From an uncultured Candidatus Saccharibacteria bacterium (lineage in GTDB: Bacteria > Patescibacteriota > Minisyncoccia > Phycocordibacterales > Phycocordibacteraceae), in NCBI GenBank assembly GCA_964356215.1, contig CAYHGO010000001.1, forward strand, positions 1-40,667: 40,667 bases of DNA, written 5' to 3'. Positions 1 to 8,506 of this stretch are shown piece by piece; positions within the stretch are counted from its first letter, which is position 1, and every line of letters begins with the position of its first letter. A program made the position numbers and the translations under genes. The notes below the pieces were generated by a model. The model was not told the origin of the DNA and did no database searches. It was given only the letters and a program-made list of their open reading frames with translations.

Positions 1-114
1 ATGCCATGCAACAACTTTAAGCCCTAGGTGTTGCGAAGCTATTGAACCATTACGGCATGTAGACAAAATGGATAATCTATTATACATTAAACTTAATCTG
101 TATACAAGGATACC

Positions 115-678
115 ATGATCATTTGCATCACTGGCCTGCCTGGAAGCGGAAAATCGACGGTCGCAGTTCTGCTGCAAGCAGAACTGGAAAGAAACGGTTG
201 CAGGGTTCGACATTATACGTCGGACTGGATGCGATTTAAGCTCTTCCCAGAACTTGCGGAGAATTCTGCTCAACACGGACGGGATTTCACACAGGATGAA
301 CTGACGCGGAGTTACAATGGCCTCTACATGCTCTTTGGGGAGTTGCTCGACATAGATCCGACATTGGCAATACTCACTGATGGAACCTACCGCACAGAGT
401 CTCAGCGGAACTCCCTGCGAGAAATTTCCCGCCGGCATAACGTACCCTTTGTCCTCATTAAAGTGCACGTAGAAGATGGAACGACGCTCGCGCGACTGAA
501 CGAACGATTTGCAACTGGCGCAGGATCGGGACCGGAAAGTTATCTTTCCGCAAAAGCGGAGTACGAGGAACCCGCGGATGCCCTTTTGCTGGAAAATACC
601 GGCGACAAGGAAGCTTTGCGGGAGGAAGTCCGTGCACTCGCGCAAACTGTTATGCCACAACTAACCGGCGCGTCGTAG
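115..678 (+). CDS. P-loop kinase (AAA_33 / APS-kinase-like fold), 187 aa; substrate unknown
   Basis: ATG at 115. Walker A motif GLPGSGKST near the N-terminus. Size and layout resemble small nucleotide/sugar kinases. Convergent with the next gene. Confidence 0.6.
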   Translation: MIICITGLPGSGKSTVAVLLQAELERNGCRVRHYTSDWMRFKLFPELAENSAQHGRDFTQDELTRSYNGLYMLFGELLDIDPTLAILTDGTYRTESQRNSLREISRRHNVPFVLIKVHVEDGTTLARLNERFATGAGSGPESYLSAKAEYEEPADALLLENTGDKEALREEVRALAQTVMPQLTGAS

Positions 679-695
679 CGTCGGTCTTTTATATT

Positions 696-1493
696 TTATG
701 GGTGTTCAACTGTTTTACGAATAAGAGCCAGAATTTGATCGTGCAGGACTCCGTTGCTCGCTACGATGCCATTGGTCGGGCGATCGTATCGCTGATCAGC
801 GCCCCAGATATCAGTCACTTTCCCGCCAGCTTCCTCAACGAGGATCTTCAGCGAAGCGGAGTCATGCACCTTGCGATTGGGATAGATGACGGCGACAAAT
901 TCTCCTGCGGCTACCAGCGCCCCCATGTAGATTATTGAGCCGACATTGATGCCACGAGACTTCTTCTGCTTGAGCGCGCCAAATAGACCGAGCAAGTCCA
1001 CGGGACTGCGATGCGACCAATTGATGCCGATGACCGCATTTTCAAATGTATCGTGCTTAGATACTGAAATTCGCGTGCCATTTAGAAAAGCTCCTTTCCC
1101 TTTCTCGGCGATAAATAATCGGTCGCTAAACGGATCGTAGACAACTCCTAGGATACTCTCGCCATTTTGTACGAGCGCGATGGAAAAAACCGTCGTTGGC
1201 ACGCCATGAGAAAAGGGAATGGTGCCGTCTACCGGATCACATACCCACACGAACTCGTCATTCTCGCGGAAGTCACTTCCCTCTTCGGCTATGACGCTGT
1301 GACTGGGATACGCTTTCTTGATGCGCTTAAGCGCCAGCGCGTTAATAATCAGGTCTGTCTCTGTTACCGGTGTATTATCTTCTTTCCACTCTTTTTTCAT
1401 CCCGAGCTTAAAATCGCTGTGCATTATCTCGCCAGCTTCTCGAGCAAGGGCAACGGCAAAGTCTTTATAGTTCCTGTTGGTCGTTTTTGTCAT
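696..1493 (-). CDS. Inositol monophosphatase / CysQ-family phosphatase, 265 aa
   Basis: ATG (cat) at 1491..1493. Family motifs seen: IAEEGS, WVCDPVDGT and a C-terminal HDSAS...EEAGG block. Only a 2-nt gap to the upstream same-strand gene, making it the last gene of the long minus operon. Confidence 0.8.
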   Translation of the reverse strand: MTKTTNRNYKDFAVALAREAGEIMHSDFKLGMKKEWKEDNTPVTETDLIINALALKRIKKAYPSHSVIAEEGSDFRENDEFVWVCDPVDGTIPFSHGVPTTVFSIALVQNGESILGVVYDPFSDRLFIAEKGKGAFLNGTRISVSKHDTFENAVIGINWSHRSPVDLLGLFGALKQKKSRGINVGSIIYMGALVAAGEFVAVIYPNRKVHDSASLKILVEEAGGKVTDIWGADQRYDRPTNGIVASNGVLHDQILALIRKTVEHP

Positions 1494-1495
1494 AC

Positions 1496-2827
1496 TTAGT
1501 TAAGCCGGGCGAAGCCGGTGTGGGCCTCGGGGCCGCGGAGCTTTTTGTATATCGTTTTCGTTTTAGCGGCCTTCGCGAGCACGGCGAATGCCTCGTCCAC
1601 TGCGCGCAGATATTTTTGAATGTGTGCGTTGGTGTGCGCGCAGGAGGCAAAAAACATATTTGTCGCGAGGAACCCGCGATCCAGCATTTCTTGTACGAAT
1701 AAAGTTTTGAGCGCCTGGCTGTCCTTGCCGTATTGGAAAATAAAACTGCTGATTGGGATGACGCCGCTCTGCGTTATGGTAAGGCCGTGCTTTGCGGCCA
1801 GCGCAGCCCAGCCCTTGCGCACTGCCTTCCCCGCTTTCTCTATACGCTTTGGCGCGCCTGTCTTCTTCATCTCCTTCAAGGTCGCGAGCGCCGCGACGGG
1901 CCCGATACGTTCGGTCCAATAGGTGCTGGAGATAAAAGAGTCCTGCGCCGCCTGCATCACAGAGCGCCGGCCGATAATGGCCGCCATCGGGAAACCGTTG
2001 CTCATTGCTTTGCTAAAGACGGCAATGTCCGGATTCACTCCGTAGAGCAAATGGGCGCCGCCATAGCAGAGCTTCCACCCCACTGTAATTTCATCAAAGA
2101 TAAGCACCGCTCCTGTTTTATCCGCGATGTTGCGGACCTTCTGCAAGAAATTGTCCTGCGGTTCGACATTGTGTATCGGCTCCATCACGATAGCCGCGAG
2201 ATTTTTTCTATGCTTGCGCACGATGGCCTCCAGCTCTTCTATCTGGTTGTAATGAAAAGGCAATATAGTGCCGCGCAAGCCCTTCGGCACGCCGGCGGGC
2301 GCGAGTCCCGCCAGCAGATGCTCCTTGAGCCCGTCCTTACGCGCGAGGTTCGCGGCCAGATACCAGTCGTGCCAGCCGTGGTAGCCGCAAAAGGCAATGA
2401 CATCTTTCCCTGTGTGTGCGCGTGCAATGCGCTCGGCGATCGCCATTGACTCTCCGCCGGTGCGCGCATAGCGCACCATATCGGCCCAGGGATGTATCTT
2501 GGTGAGCAATTCAGCCAACTCGACTTCCTCCGGTGCATTCAGCGTGGACATTGAGCCGTTATCAACGGCTTTTTTAACGGCTGTATTGACTTCAGCATCA
2601 GCGTAACCGAGGATACAGCTCCCTACTCCCATGATGGACATGTCCGTATACTTCTTGCCGTCCAGGTCCCAGACTTCGCACCCCTTGGCCTTTGAGTAAT
2701 ACGCGGGCCACTCCCCCGGCAAGAACATCTCGGGGCGCTTGGAGAGCAACTGCGTCCCGCCCGGTATCAATTTCCTGGCTTTCTGGTAGAGCTTCTGCCC
2801 CGTTTCTTGTTTTAAATTTTTTTTCAT
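1496..2827 (-). CDS. Class III PLP aminotransferase, glutamate-1-semialdehyde 2,1-aminomutase-like (sugar-cluster type), 443 aa
   Basis: The track ORF 1496..3100 is trimmed to the internal ATG at 2827 (MKKNLKQ...), because the 91 upstream codons overlap the pseC-like gene in another frame. Motifs: LIPGGTQLLSKRP, FDEITVGW, FSKAMSNGFP (PLP Lys). There is a 4-nt ATGA-type overlap with the upstream gene. Confidence 0.85.
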   Translation of the reverse strand: MKKNLKQETGQKLYQKARKLIPGGTQLLSKRPEMFLPGEWPAYYSKAKGCEVWDLDGKKYTDMSIMGVGSCILGYADAEVNTAVKKAVDNGSMSTLNAPEEVELAELLTKIHPWADMVRYARTGGESMAIAERIARAHTGKDVIAFCGYHGWHDWYLAANLARKDGLKEHLLAGLAPAGVPKGLRGTILPFHYNQIEELEAIVRKHRKNLAAIVMEPIHNVEPQDNFLQKVRNIADKTGAVLIFDEITVGWKLCYGGAHLLYGVNPDIAVFSKAMSNGFPMAAIIGRRSVMQAAQDSFISSTYWTERIGPVAALATLKEMKKTGAPKRIEKAGKAVRKGWAALAAKHGLTITQSGVIPISSFIFQYGKDSQALKTLFVQEMLDRGFLATNMFFASCAHTNAHIQKYLRAVDEAFAVLAKAAKTKTIYKKLRGPEAHTGFARLN

Positions 2828-3966
2828 AGTGTGGTGAGTATTTTTTTCAGCGTGTTCGCAATAAATCTCTGCTGCGCGAGTGTTATTTTCGGAAAAAGCG
2901 GGATAGATATCTCCGAGTCCACGAACGCTTCGGCGTTCGGGCACATTCCTTTTTTGCAACCCAGCGATTCGTAGTACACATGGCGATGCACGGGCACATG
3001 GTGTACCTGCACGCCGATGCCGGCATTGCGCATTTTTGCGAACACCGCATCCCGCTTCGCGGCAATAAGCGGGGCGAGCCGTATCGGATACAGGTGCCAT
3101 GCCGACTGCTCGTGCGAGCGTTCGGGGGGCGGAAGAATGAGGTTCGGGACCTTCGCCAAGAGTTTTTGATACCGCGCGGCGGCGGCGCGGCGTTTAGTAA
3201 TGAAAGAATTGAGGCGCTTCAGCTGGCTTTCGCCGAGCGCCGCCGACATCTCCGGCATGCGGTAGTTGAAGCCGAGCGCCTGCATCTCCTGGTACCATGC
3301 GCCATGGCTCTTCCGCGCAAATGTCTTCGCCTCTTTGCTGATGCCGTGACTACGGAACAGGCGCAGGGCACCCGCGTACTCCTCGTTATCAGTAACGATG
3401 ACACCGCCCTCGCCAGTCGTGATTGATTTCACCGGATGGAAACTAAACATCGTCATATCCGCCTGCGTGCCCACCGGCTTCCCGCGATAGCCGGCGCCGA
3501 GCGCTTGAGCGGCATCTTCTATGAAAATAAGATTGTGCTTCTTCGCGAGCGCGCGAAATTCGCGCAAGTCCGCCGGGCGGCCGCCGTAATCCACCGGCAC
3601 GATGGCTTTCGTTCGTTTTGATATTTTCTTACGCGCGTCGGTAATGCTCATGGCACCAGTGCGCATATCTGAATCGGCGAATACGGGCCTCGCCCCGAGG
3701 TAAAGCGCCGCATTCGCCGTGGCGGCGAAGGTGAGCGCCGGCACAATGACCTCGTCGCCCTTCCTGATACCGGCGGCGAAGTACGCGGCATGGAGCGCGG
3801 CCGTTCCGGAGTTAAAGGCGACGGCGAACTGCGCGCCGACCTTTTTTGCAATAGCTTTTTCAAACCGCCCAAGCGCCGGTCCTTGGGTCAGCCACCCGGA
3901 GCGCAACGCCGTCGCGACCGCTTTGATGTCGTTCTCACTAATGTCCTGGGTGGAGTACGGGATCAT
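2824..3966 (-). CDS. pseC: DegT/DnrJ/EryC1-family aminotransferase, PseC-like (UDP-4-amino-4,6-dideoxy-N-acetyl-beta-L-altrosamine transaminase type), 380 aa
   Basis: N-terminus IPYSTQDISENDIKAV...WLTQGP..FE is typical of PseC. IEDAAQALGA and FSFHPVKSITTGEGG (PLP Lys) are present. It lies directly downstream of the PseB-like gene with no gap. Confidence 0.8.
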   Translation of the reverse strand: MIPYSTQDISENDIKAVATALRSGWLTQGPALGRFEKAIAKKVGAQFAVAFNSGTAALHAAYFAAGIRKGDEVIVPALTFAATANAALYLGARPVFADSDMRTGAMSITDARKKISKRTKAIVPVDYGGRPADLREFRALAKKHNLIFIEDAAQALGAGYRGKPVGTQADMTMFSFHPVKSITTGEGGVIVTDNEEYAGALRLFRSHGISKEAKTFARKSHGAWYQEMQALGFNYRMPEMSAALGESQLKRLNSFITKRRAAAARYQKLLAKVPNLILPPPERSHEQSAWHLYPIRLAPLIAAKRDAVFAKMRNAGIGVQVHHVPVHRHVYYESLGCKKGMCPNAEAFVDSEISIPLFPKITLAQQRFIANTLKKILTTL

Positions 3967-4977
3967 TTAGTGGTTGAGGACTTTCTCCATCTTGGCGACT
4001 ATCTGAAGCAATGCCTTTCGTGACATACGCTTCGTGGTCGTATCGCTCGTGAAGTGGAAGTCCGGCTTCAGTTTTTTGCCCAGTTTCATGAATTTCTCAA
4101 GCGATTTTTTTTGCGTCGGGCCGACATTCTCGGGTAGCACGACGAAGTAGTCTTTGAGCCCCACCGCGTGCCGCGCCTCCTCTTTGGTAAGCAGCACTTC
4201 ATGCACTTTTTCACCCGGACGGATGCCGATGATGTTGCGAGTGGCGTCGGGCACGAGGATGTCGAATAGGTCTGTGAGCTTCATGGAGAGCGCGCGCGGT
4301 ATGAATATCTCGCCTCCCTCCATATTCTTGAGTGCGAATAGCACGATATCAAATGCTTGCTCGAGGTCTATCCAAAAACGTGTCATGCGTTCGTCGGTGA
4401 TGTACACCGTGTGTGCGCCCTTGTTCTTGATGAGGGTCTCAATGAGGCTGCCGCGACTACCGACGACGTTCCCGTAACGCACGACGCTGAAGCGCGTCGC
4501 GCCGCCGCCATAGGCATTAGCCGCAATGAACAGTTTTTCCGCGCACAGTTTCGTGGAGCCGTAGAGATTCACCGGCATCGCAGCTTTGTCGGTCGACACG
4601 AGCACCACTTTTTTCACGCCCTGGTCGAGTGCTGCGTCAATGACGTTCTGACTCCCCAAAATGTTTGTCTTGACCGCTTCAAACGGATTGTATTCCAGCG
4701 CCGGCACCTGCTTCAGCGCCGCGGCATGCACGACGATGTCCACGCCGTGGAATGCGCGCTGTAACCGCGGCAAGTCCCGCACATCGCCGATGAAGAAGCG
4801 AACACGTTCGTCGTTCAATTCGCCAATCATCTGCGATTGCTTTAACTCATCGCGCGAGAAAATAATGAGCTTCCCAAGCTTTGAGTTCGCAAGGATATGC
4901 TTGGCGAAATTCTTGCCGAATGAACCGGTCCCGCCGGTTATAAGCACCGCTTTGTCCTTAAGCTGTTCGAGGCTCAT
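3967..4977 (-). CDS. pseB: UDP-N-acetylglucosamine 4,6-dehydratase (inverting), PseB/FlaA1 type, 336 aa
   Basis: Motifs ILITGGTGSFGK, SRDELKQ, FFIGDVRD, HAAALKQVP..EYNP, STDKA..P.NLYG.TK and VVRYGNVVGSRGS closely follow the FlaA1/PseB pattern. Confidence 0.9.
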   Translation of the reverse strand: MSLEQLKDKAVLITGGTGSFGKNFAKHILANSKLGKLIIFSRDELKQSQMIGELNDERVRFFIGDVRDLPRLQRAFHGVDIVVHAAALKQVPALEYNPFEAVKTNILGSQNVIDAALDQGVKKVVLVSTDKAAMPVNLYGSTKLCAEKLFIAANAYGGGATRFSVVRYGNVVGSRGSLIETLIKNKGAHTVYITDERMTRFWIDLEQAFDIVLFALKNMEGGEIFIPRALSMKLTDLFDILVPDATRNIIGIRPGEKVHEVLLTKEEARHAVGLKDYFVVLPENVGPTQKKSLEKFMKLGKKLKPDFHFTSDTTTKRMSRKALLQIVAKMEKVLNH

Positions 4978-4985
4978 AGAAAATG

Positions 4986-5013
4986 ATACTACACAAGATT
5001 TTCATTATGGCAA
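4986..5013 (-). promoter_or_regulatory. Possible sigma70-like promoter upstream of the pseB-like gene (TTGCCA-N16-TAGTAT on the minus strand)
   Basis: Reverse complement of 5008..5013 is TTGCCA and of 4986..4991 is TAGTAT, with a 16-nt spacer. The -10 box lies only 8 nt from the ATG, so the transcript would be nearly leaderless. Pattern match only. Confidence 0.2.
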
Positions 5014-5025
5014 AGGCATCCCGGC

Positions 5026-6018
5026 TCATCGAGCGTCCCTGATGATGCGTATCATCTTCTCTATAACTGCGCGGGAGAGCCCTTGGTGACAGGGCACCGC
5101 GACGCATTCAACAAAACGGGGCTTGAGCATATTGCGCTCAACATCAAAATGATAGACGCCGCTCTCAATGCCGTGTTCTTCCAGCGCGTGCGCAATTTTT
5201 TTGTTCTTGTCGCCGAAAAAGAGCGGCACGACCCACGGGCACACCTCGCTATTTTCAAGAAGCCGCTCCTCTGCCGCGCCCCAAAATTCTTTTCGCAACA
5301 GGGCGAAATTCTCGGTGCGTTTCTCGAGAGCGCCATTCGCCAACATTTTTGCGACCACCCGCTTCGCATAGGGAGGACACGAGTACAGCTCAGGATACAC
5401 GGCATAATTGCGGGCAACTTCGCGGAGCGCTGCCCTCGTCGGACGCTTATTCGTGCGGACATAGTCAAATACTTTTTTTTCAAGCGCAGGGTCGCTTTCT
5501 GCATACGAGGCTCTGACACGAGCGAGCAACGCCGCATGCTTCGAATACACCGCACCGCCGACGACGCTCGGGAAAAATTTTGCAAAGCTCCAGATGGACG
5601 CGAAGCCGAACGTTCCAACCCGCGTGCCGCGATACGAGCTATGAAAACTATGGGCGCAGTCCTCAAGCACGAAAAGACAGTGCTTTGCGGCGAATGCGAG
5701 TATCTTTTCCATTTTCTGCGGGAATCCCCACTGGTGATACACCATTATGCCACGCACGTTCTTGTTCATCGTTGTCGTCGGGAAGCAATAATTATGCATC
5801 GTCATATAGACCCATGCGCCAAGCCATTCGGGAACGAGGACCTGACTTGTTTTGTTGGAAAGTGTGCGTTCTCCGCGATAGTATTCAAGCACGCGGGCAA
5901 TGGCGGATTTCCCGGAAAACGCATACGCCATATGCGGCTCCATCTGGCCGAAAAGAACGCCCGGACCTTTCGGAAGGCTTTCGATGGGGTATCGTCTGTC
6001 TTCAAATGTTATTTTCAC
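5026..6018 (-). CDS. Divergent DegT-like / fold-type I PLP-dependent protein, 330 aa
   Basis: GTG start at 6018 with no obvious SD. LEDCAHSF...VGTFGFASIWSFAKFF..GGAV mirrors the DegT block IEDAAQ...VGT.G....FSFH..K...GEGG. C-terminal HGIESGVYHFD...VPCHQGLS resembles the DegT C-terminus. The long plus-strand ORF 5083..6168 is its antisense shadow. Confidence 0.6.
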   Translation of the reverse strand: MKITFEDRRYPIESLPKGPGVLFGQMEPHMAYAFSGKSAIARVLEYYRGERTLSNKTSQVLVPEWLGAWVYMTMHNYCFPTTTMNKNVRGIMVYHQWGFPQKMEKILAFAAKHCLFVLEDCAHSFHSSYRGTRVGTFGFASIWSFAKFFPSVVGGAVYSKHAALLARVRASYAESDPALEKKVFDYVRTNKRPTRAALREVARNYAVYPELYSCPPYAKRVVAKMLANGALEKRTENFALLRKEFWGAAEERLLENSEVCPWVVPLFFGDKNKKIAHALEEHGIESGVYHFDVERNMLKPRFVECVAVPCHQGLSRAVIEKMIRIIRDAR

Positions 6019-6110
6019 GACGTAATGGTATCATCATACATCATATGGCGGGAACACCATTTGAGTATCACGAAAAAACACCTTACGATGCGATCTGAGG
6101 TACGGAACGG

Positions 6111-6803
6111 CTACGGCTTGCGCGCGCTTATGGCGAAGCATTCTACCTGTTGCGTCATCTGCCGGTAGGTGCGCGTAATACGTTCAACAATAATGTCGAG
6201 GAACCCGGCTTTGGCGAGCATCTGTCTGGCACGCTTGGCGGTGATAAAGCAGGTGATCCCGTTATTTGCATATGGCACATGCGTGTTGGGAACGTTATCG
6301 ATCGTGTAACGGTCCAATTTCTTTCCGCCCCCATGCGTAAAATTGACACTCTTACTTCCCAAGTGCCAGCTGAAAAAACGGCCGCCGCCTTTGAGCGTGC
6401 GAAAAATCTCCCGATACGTTTCAGCATGTCCCTTAAGGTCGGTATGCTCAACTGTCATGACGTCAATGATGGCATCAAAGAAATTGCCTTTGAAATCAAG
6501 ATGCTTCATGTTGCCGACGCTCAATTTCGCTTTCACATCATAGTGCTCGAGCATTTGCTTGCACAATTTCATTGCACTTGGTGCGATGTCCATGCCGTAG
6601 GCATCGAACCCTTCTTTCGCCAGCATCCAGAGGTTCGCGCCGCTCCCGCACCCAAGCTCGAGTACTTTTATCTTTCTGCGTTTAGAGCGCGGCAAGGAGA
6701 AATAGTGTGACGCAAGAAACTGGATAACCTGCTCGTTGGGGTAGCGACGTTGAGAGAAAAACCCAATCCGCCGAAACCCTTCTTCAAACAAAAAGTTATC
6801 CAT
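6111..6803 (-). CDS. Class I SAM-dependent methyltransferase, 230 aa (paralog A)
   Basis: SAM motif I VLELGCGSGANLWMLAKEG. About 70 percent identical by eye to the protein from 7806..8498. Confidence 0.85.
   Translation of the reverse strand: MDNFLFEEGFRRIGFFSQRRYPNEQVIQFLASHYFSLPRSKRRKIKVLELGCGSGANLWMLAKEGFDAYGMDIAPSAMKLCKQMLEHYDVKAKLSVGNMKHLDFKGNFFDAIIDVMTVEHTDLKGHAETYREIFRTLKGGGRFFSWHLGSKSVNFTHGGGKKLDRYTIDNVPNTHVPYANNGITCFITAKRARQMLAKAGFLDIIVERITRTYRQMTQQVECFAISARKP
6646..6752. repeat. 107-bp near-identical tract (copy 1) shared by the two methyltransferase paralogs
   Basis: 6646..6752 aligns with 8341..8447 with only 2 mismatches, while flanking paralogous DNA is visibly more diverged. 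A second tract, 6304..6380 vs 7999..8075, has 6 mismatches in 77 nt. Confidence 0.85.
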
Positions 6804-6804
6804 A

Positions 6805-7806
6805 TTACGAAAGTTTTTTTCTTATACCCCAGAGCGTGCGATATCCGCCGCCGGTCCATCCTTCTTTGAAATGGCTGATGCCTCGCTCTTTTGCCGAGGA
6901 CACGTCATCCGCGCGCGGACGCAAAGGAAGTTGATAGAGGGGTACCCCGCGATCTTCCAATTCTTCAAGTGTACGCATTCGCAGGATATGACCAACGTAG
7001 TGTAGCGCGAACGCCGGATCAATGCCGACTGAAGCGTCGAGCGCTACACCCTTGTAGAGCATAACAAGAAGCGCACCTGCAATGGCGCAACTTTCTTTGT
7101 GCGTGGCGACAACGTAGAAACCCTCGCCCTTGCGGGCGAAATCCGCCAATCGTGCATAACTCTCACGCGAGCGTACCTGTTTACCCGCATCCGCAACATG
7201 AAGACGAAAATACTGCTCCTCAAATTCCGGCGTGACGGCATCTCCCTCGACAATCGATACAGAAAAGAGCGGCGAGAACTTCTTAACATACCGTCTATAG
7301 CGATCGCGTACACGGGAACGCCATTCTTTGTCAATAGTAGCGAGGTGAGAGTCGACCGAAAACGCTTCGTATCCATAGTGAAGTGCCACACACCGCGCAC
7401 GCGATTCGTCCTTTGCCGTCATACGAGGCGGCGTGAGATAGAAAAGAATGCCTTGCGCCCCAGCGCTGCGCGCGCGACGTTCAAGTTCTGTGAAAGCAAA
7501 ATCTTCAAAATCCTCTCGCCCTTCCCTCCCTGCAAAGCACGGCCACGGCAAAAAACCCGGATAGCAAGCAGCTTGCAGGCAACCAGCGCGTTCTTCGACA
7601 ATGAGCGGCACAACACCGATCGCTTGCTCACCGTCATACACGAAGAAAGAAAGGTCGCACGCCCCGTACTCGGTACCGGCTTCAAGGTTAAACTTGTGTG
7701 CTATCCACGTGTGCCACACCCATCCGTCCTCCGACGCATCGATTATCTTTTGCCAAAGCTCGGAAGCTCTAGCCACTTCTTCTATATCAATGGCCTGTAG
7801 GTTCAT
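6805..7806 (-). CDS. FemAB-family / GNAT-fold (Acetyltransf_6-like) acyl- or aminoacyl-transferase, 333 aa (paralog A)
   Basis: Two-lobed size (~330 aa). C-terminal ...GISHFKEGWTGG resembles the FemABX-type ...FK.GFGG ending. Internal YFRLH...SRESY...GEGFYVVA block. 1-nt TAATG overlap with the upstream gene. Confidence 0.55.
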   Translation of the reverse strand: MNLQAIDIEEVARASELWQKIIDASEDGWVWHTWIAHKFNLEAGTEYGACDLSFFVYDGEQAIGVVPLIVEERAGCLQAACYPGFLPWPCFAGREGREDFEDFAFTELERRARSAGAQGILFYLTPPRMTAKDESRARCVALHYGYEAFSVDSHLATIDKEWRSRVRDRYRRYVKKFSPLFSVSIVEGDAVTPEFEEQYFRLHVADAGKQVRSRESYARLADFARKGEGFYVVATHKESCAIAGALLVMLYKGVALDASVGIDPAFALHYVGHILRMRTLEELEDRGVPLYQLPLRPRADDVSSAKERGISHFKEGWTGGGYRTLWGIRKKLS

Positions 7807-8498
7807 TATGGTTTACGCACGTTGATAGCAAAAAACTCGACTTTCTGCGTCATATCCTTGTACGTACGCGTGACGCGCTCAATATGTATATCTACGAATC
7901 CGGAGGCCTTGAGTAGGCGCTTTGCGAGCGGTGCGGTCAAGAAGCAGAGGATGCCAACATTGGGGTATGGAACAGTGGTACGAGGAGTATTGTCGACTGT
8001 GTAACGGTCCAGTTTCTTTCCGCCCCCATGCGTAAAATTGATGCTTTTACTTCCCAAATGCCAGCTAAAAAAACGTCCTCCCTTTTTGAGGCAACGGAAG
8101 ATGTTGTCGTACGCCTCTTGGTGCCCTTTCACGTTGGTATGCTGAACCGACACCACGTCGACTATCGCGTCAAAAAAAGCGCTCCTGAAATTAGGATGCT
8201 TCATATTGCCGACGCTCACATGCGCTTTGACGCCATAACTTGCAAGCATCTGTTTGCATAGATCAATGGAGGTCGGTGCAAGGTCAATGCCATACGTGTC
8301 AAACCCTTCTTTGGCTATCATCCAGAGATTGGCACCGCTTCCGCACCCAAGCTCTAGTACTTTTATCTTTCTGCGTTTAGAGCGCGGCAGGGAGAAATAG
8401 TGTGACGCAAGAAACTGGATAACCTGCTCGTTGGGGTAGCGACGTTGGAAAACAAATCCTTCCGTTTTGTAGCGTTTTTCGAATCCGAGATTATCCAT
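7806..8498 (-). CDS. Class I SAM-dependent methyltransferase, 230 aa (paralog B)
   Basis: VLELGCGSGANLWMIAKEG. Residues 18-61 (QRRYPNEQVIQFLASHYFSLPRSKRRKIKVLELGCGSGANLWM) are identical to paralog A. Confidence 0.85.
   Translation of the reverse strand: MDNLGFEKRYKTEGFVFQRRYPNEQVIQFLASHYFSLPRSKRRKIKVLELGCGSGANLWMIAKEGFDTYGIDLAPTSIDLCKQMLASYGVKAHVSVGNMKHPNFRSAFFDAIVDVVSVQHTNVKGHQEAYDNIFRCLKKGGRFFSWHLGSKSINFTHGGGKKLDRYTVDNTPRTTVPYPNVGILCFLTAPLAKRLLKASGFVDIHIERVTRTYKDMTQKVEFFAINVRKP
8341..8447. repeat. 107-bp near-identical tract (copy 2)
   Basis: Direct repeat of 6646..6752 (105/107 identical by manual alignment). Confidence 0.85.
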
Positions 8499-8506
8499 AC
8501 TTTATT

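Noticed and set aside
2828-3100. N-terminal 91-codon extension of the class III aminotransferase ORF (track 1496..3100)
   Set aside because: The extension overlaps the pseC-like coding region in another frame and is Arg/Cys-rich. Family homology begins at MKKNLKQ (ATG 2827), which also gives a typical 4-nt coupled overlap.
2824-4977. Calling the locus a pseudaminic acid (Pse) biosynthesis cluster
   Set aside because: Only the first two pathway enzymes are recognisable. No NeuB/PseI-like synthase, PseF cytidylyltransferase or PseG hydrolase motifs occur in any of the listed ORFs. The nonulosonic acid end-product is therefore not supported by this window.
5083-6168. 361-aa plus-strand ORF, longer than the minus-strand ORF it overlaps
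   Set aside because: Its translation is Arg/His/Cys-rich and low in complexity, with no recognisable motifs. The opposite strand (5026..6018) carries DegT-like blocks and fits the operon orientation. I treat it as an antisense shadow ORF in GC-rich coding DNA.
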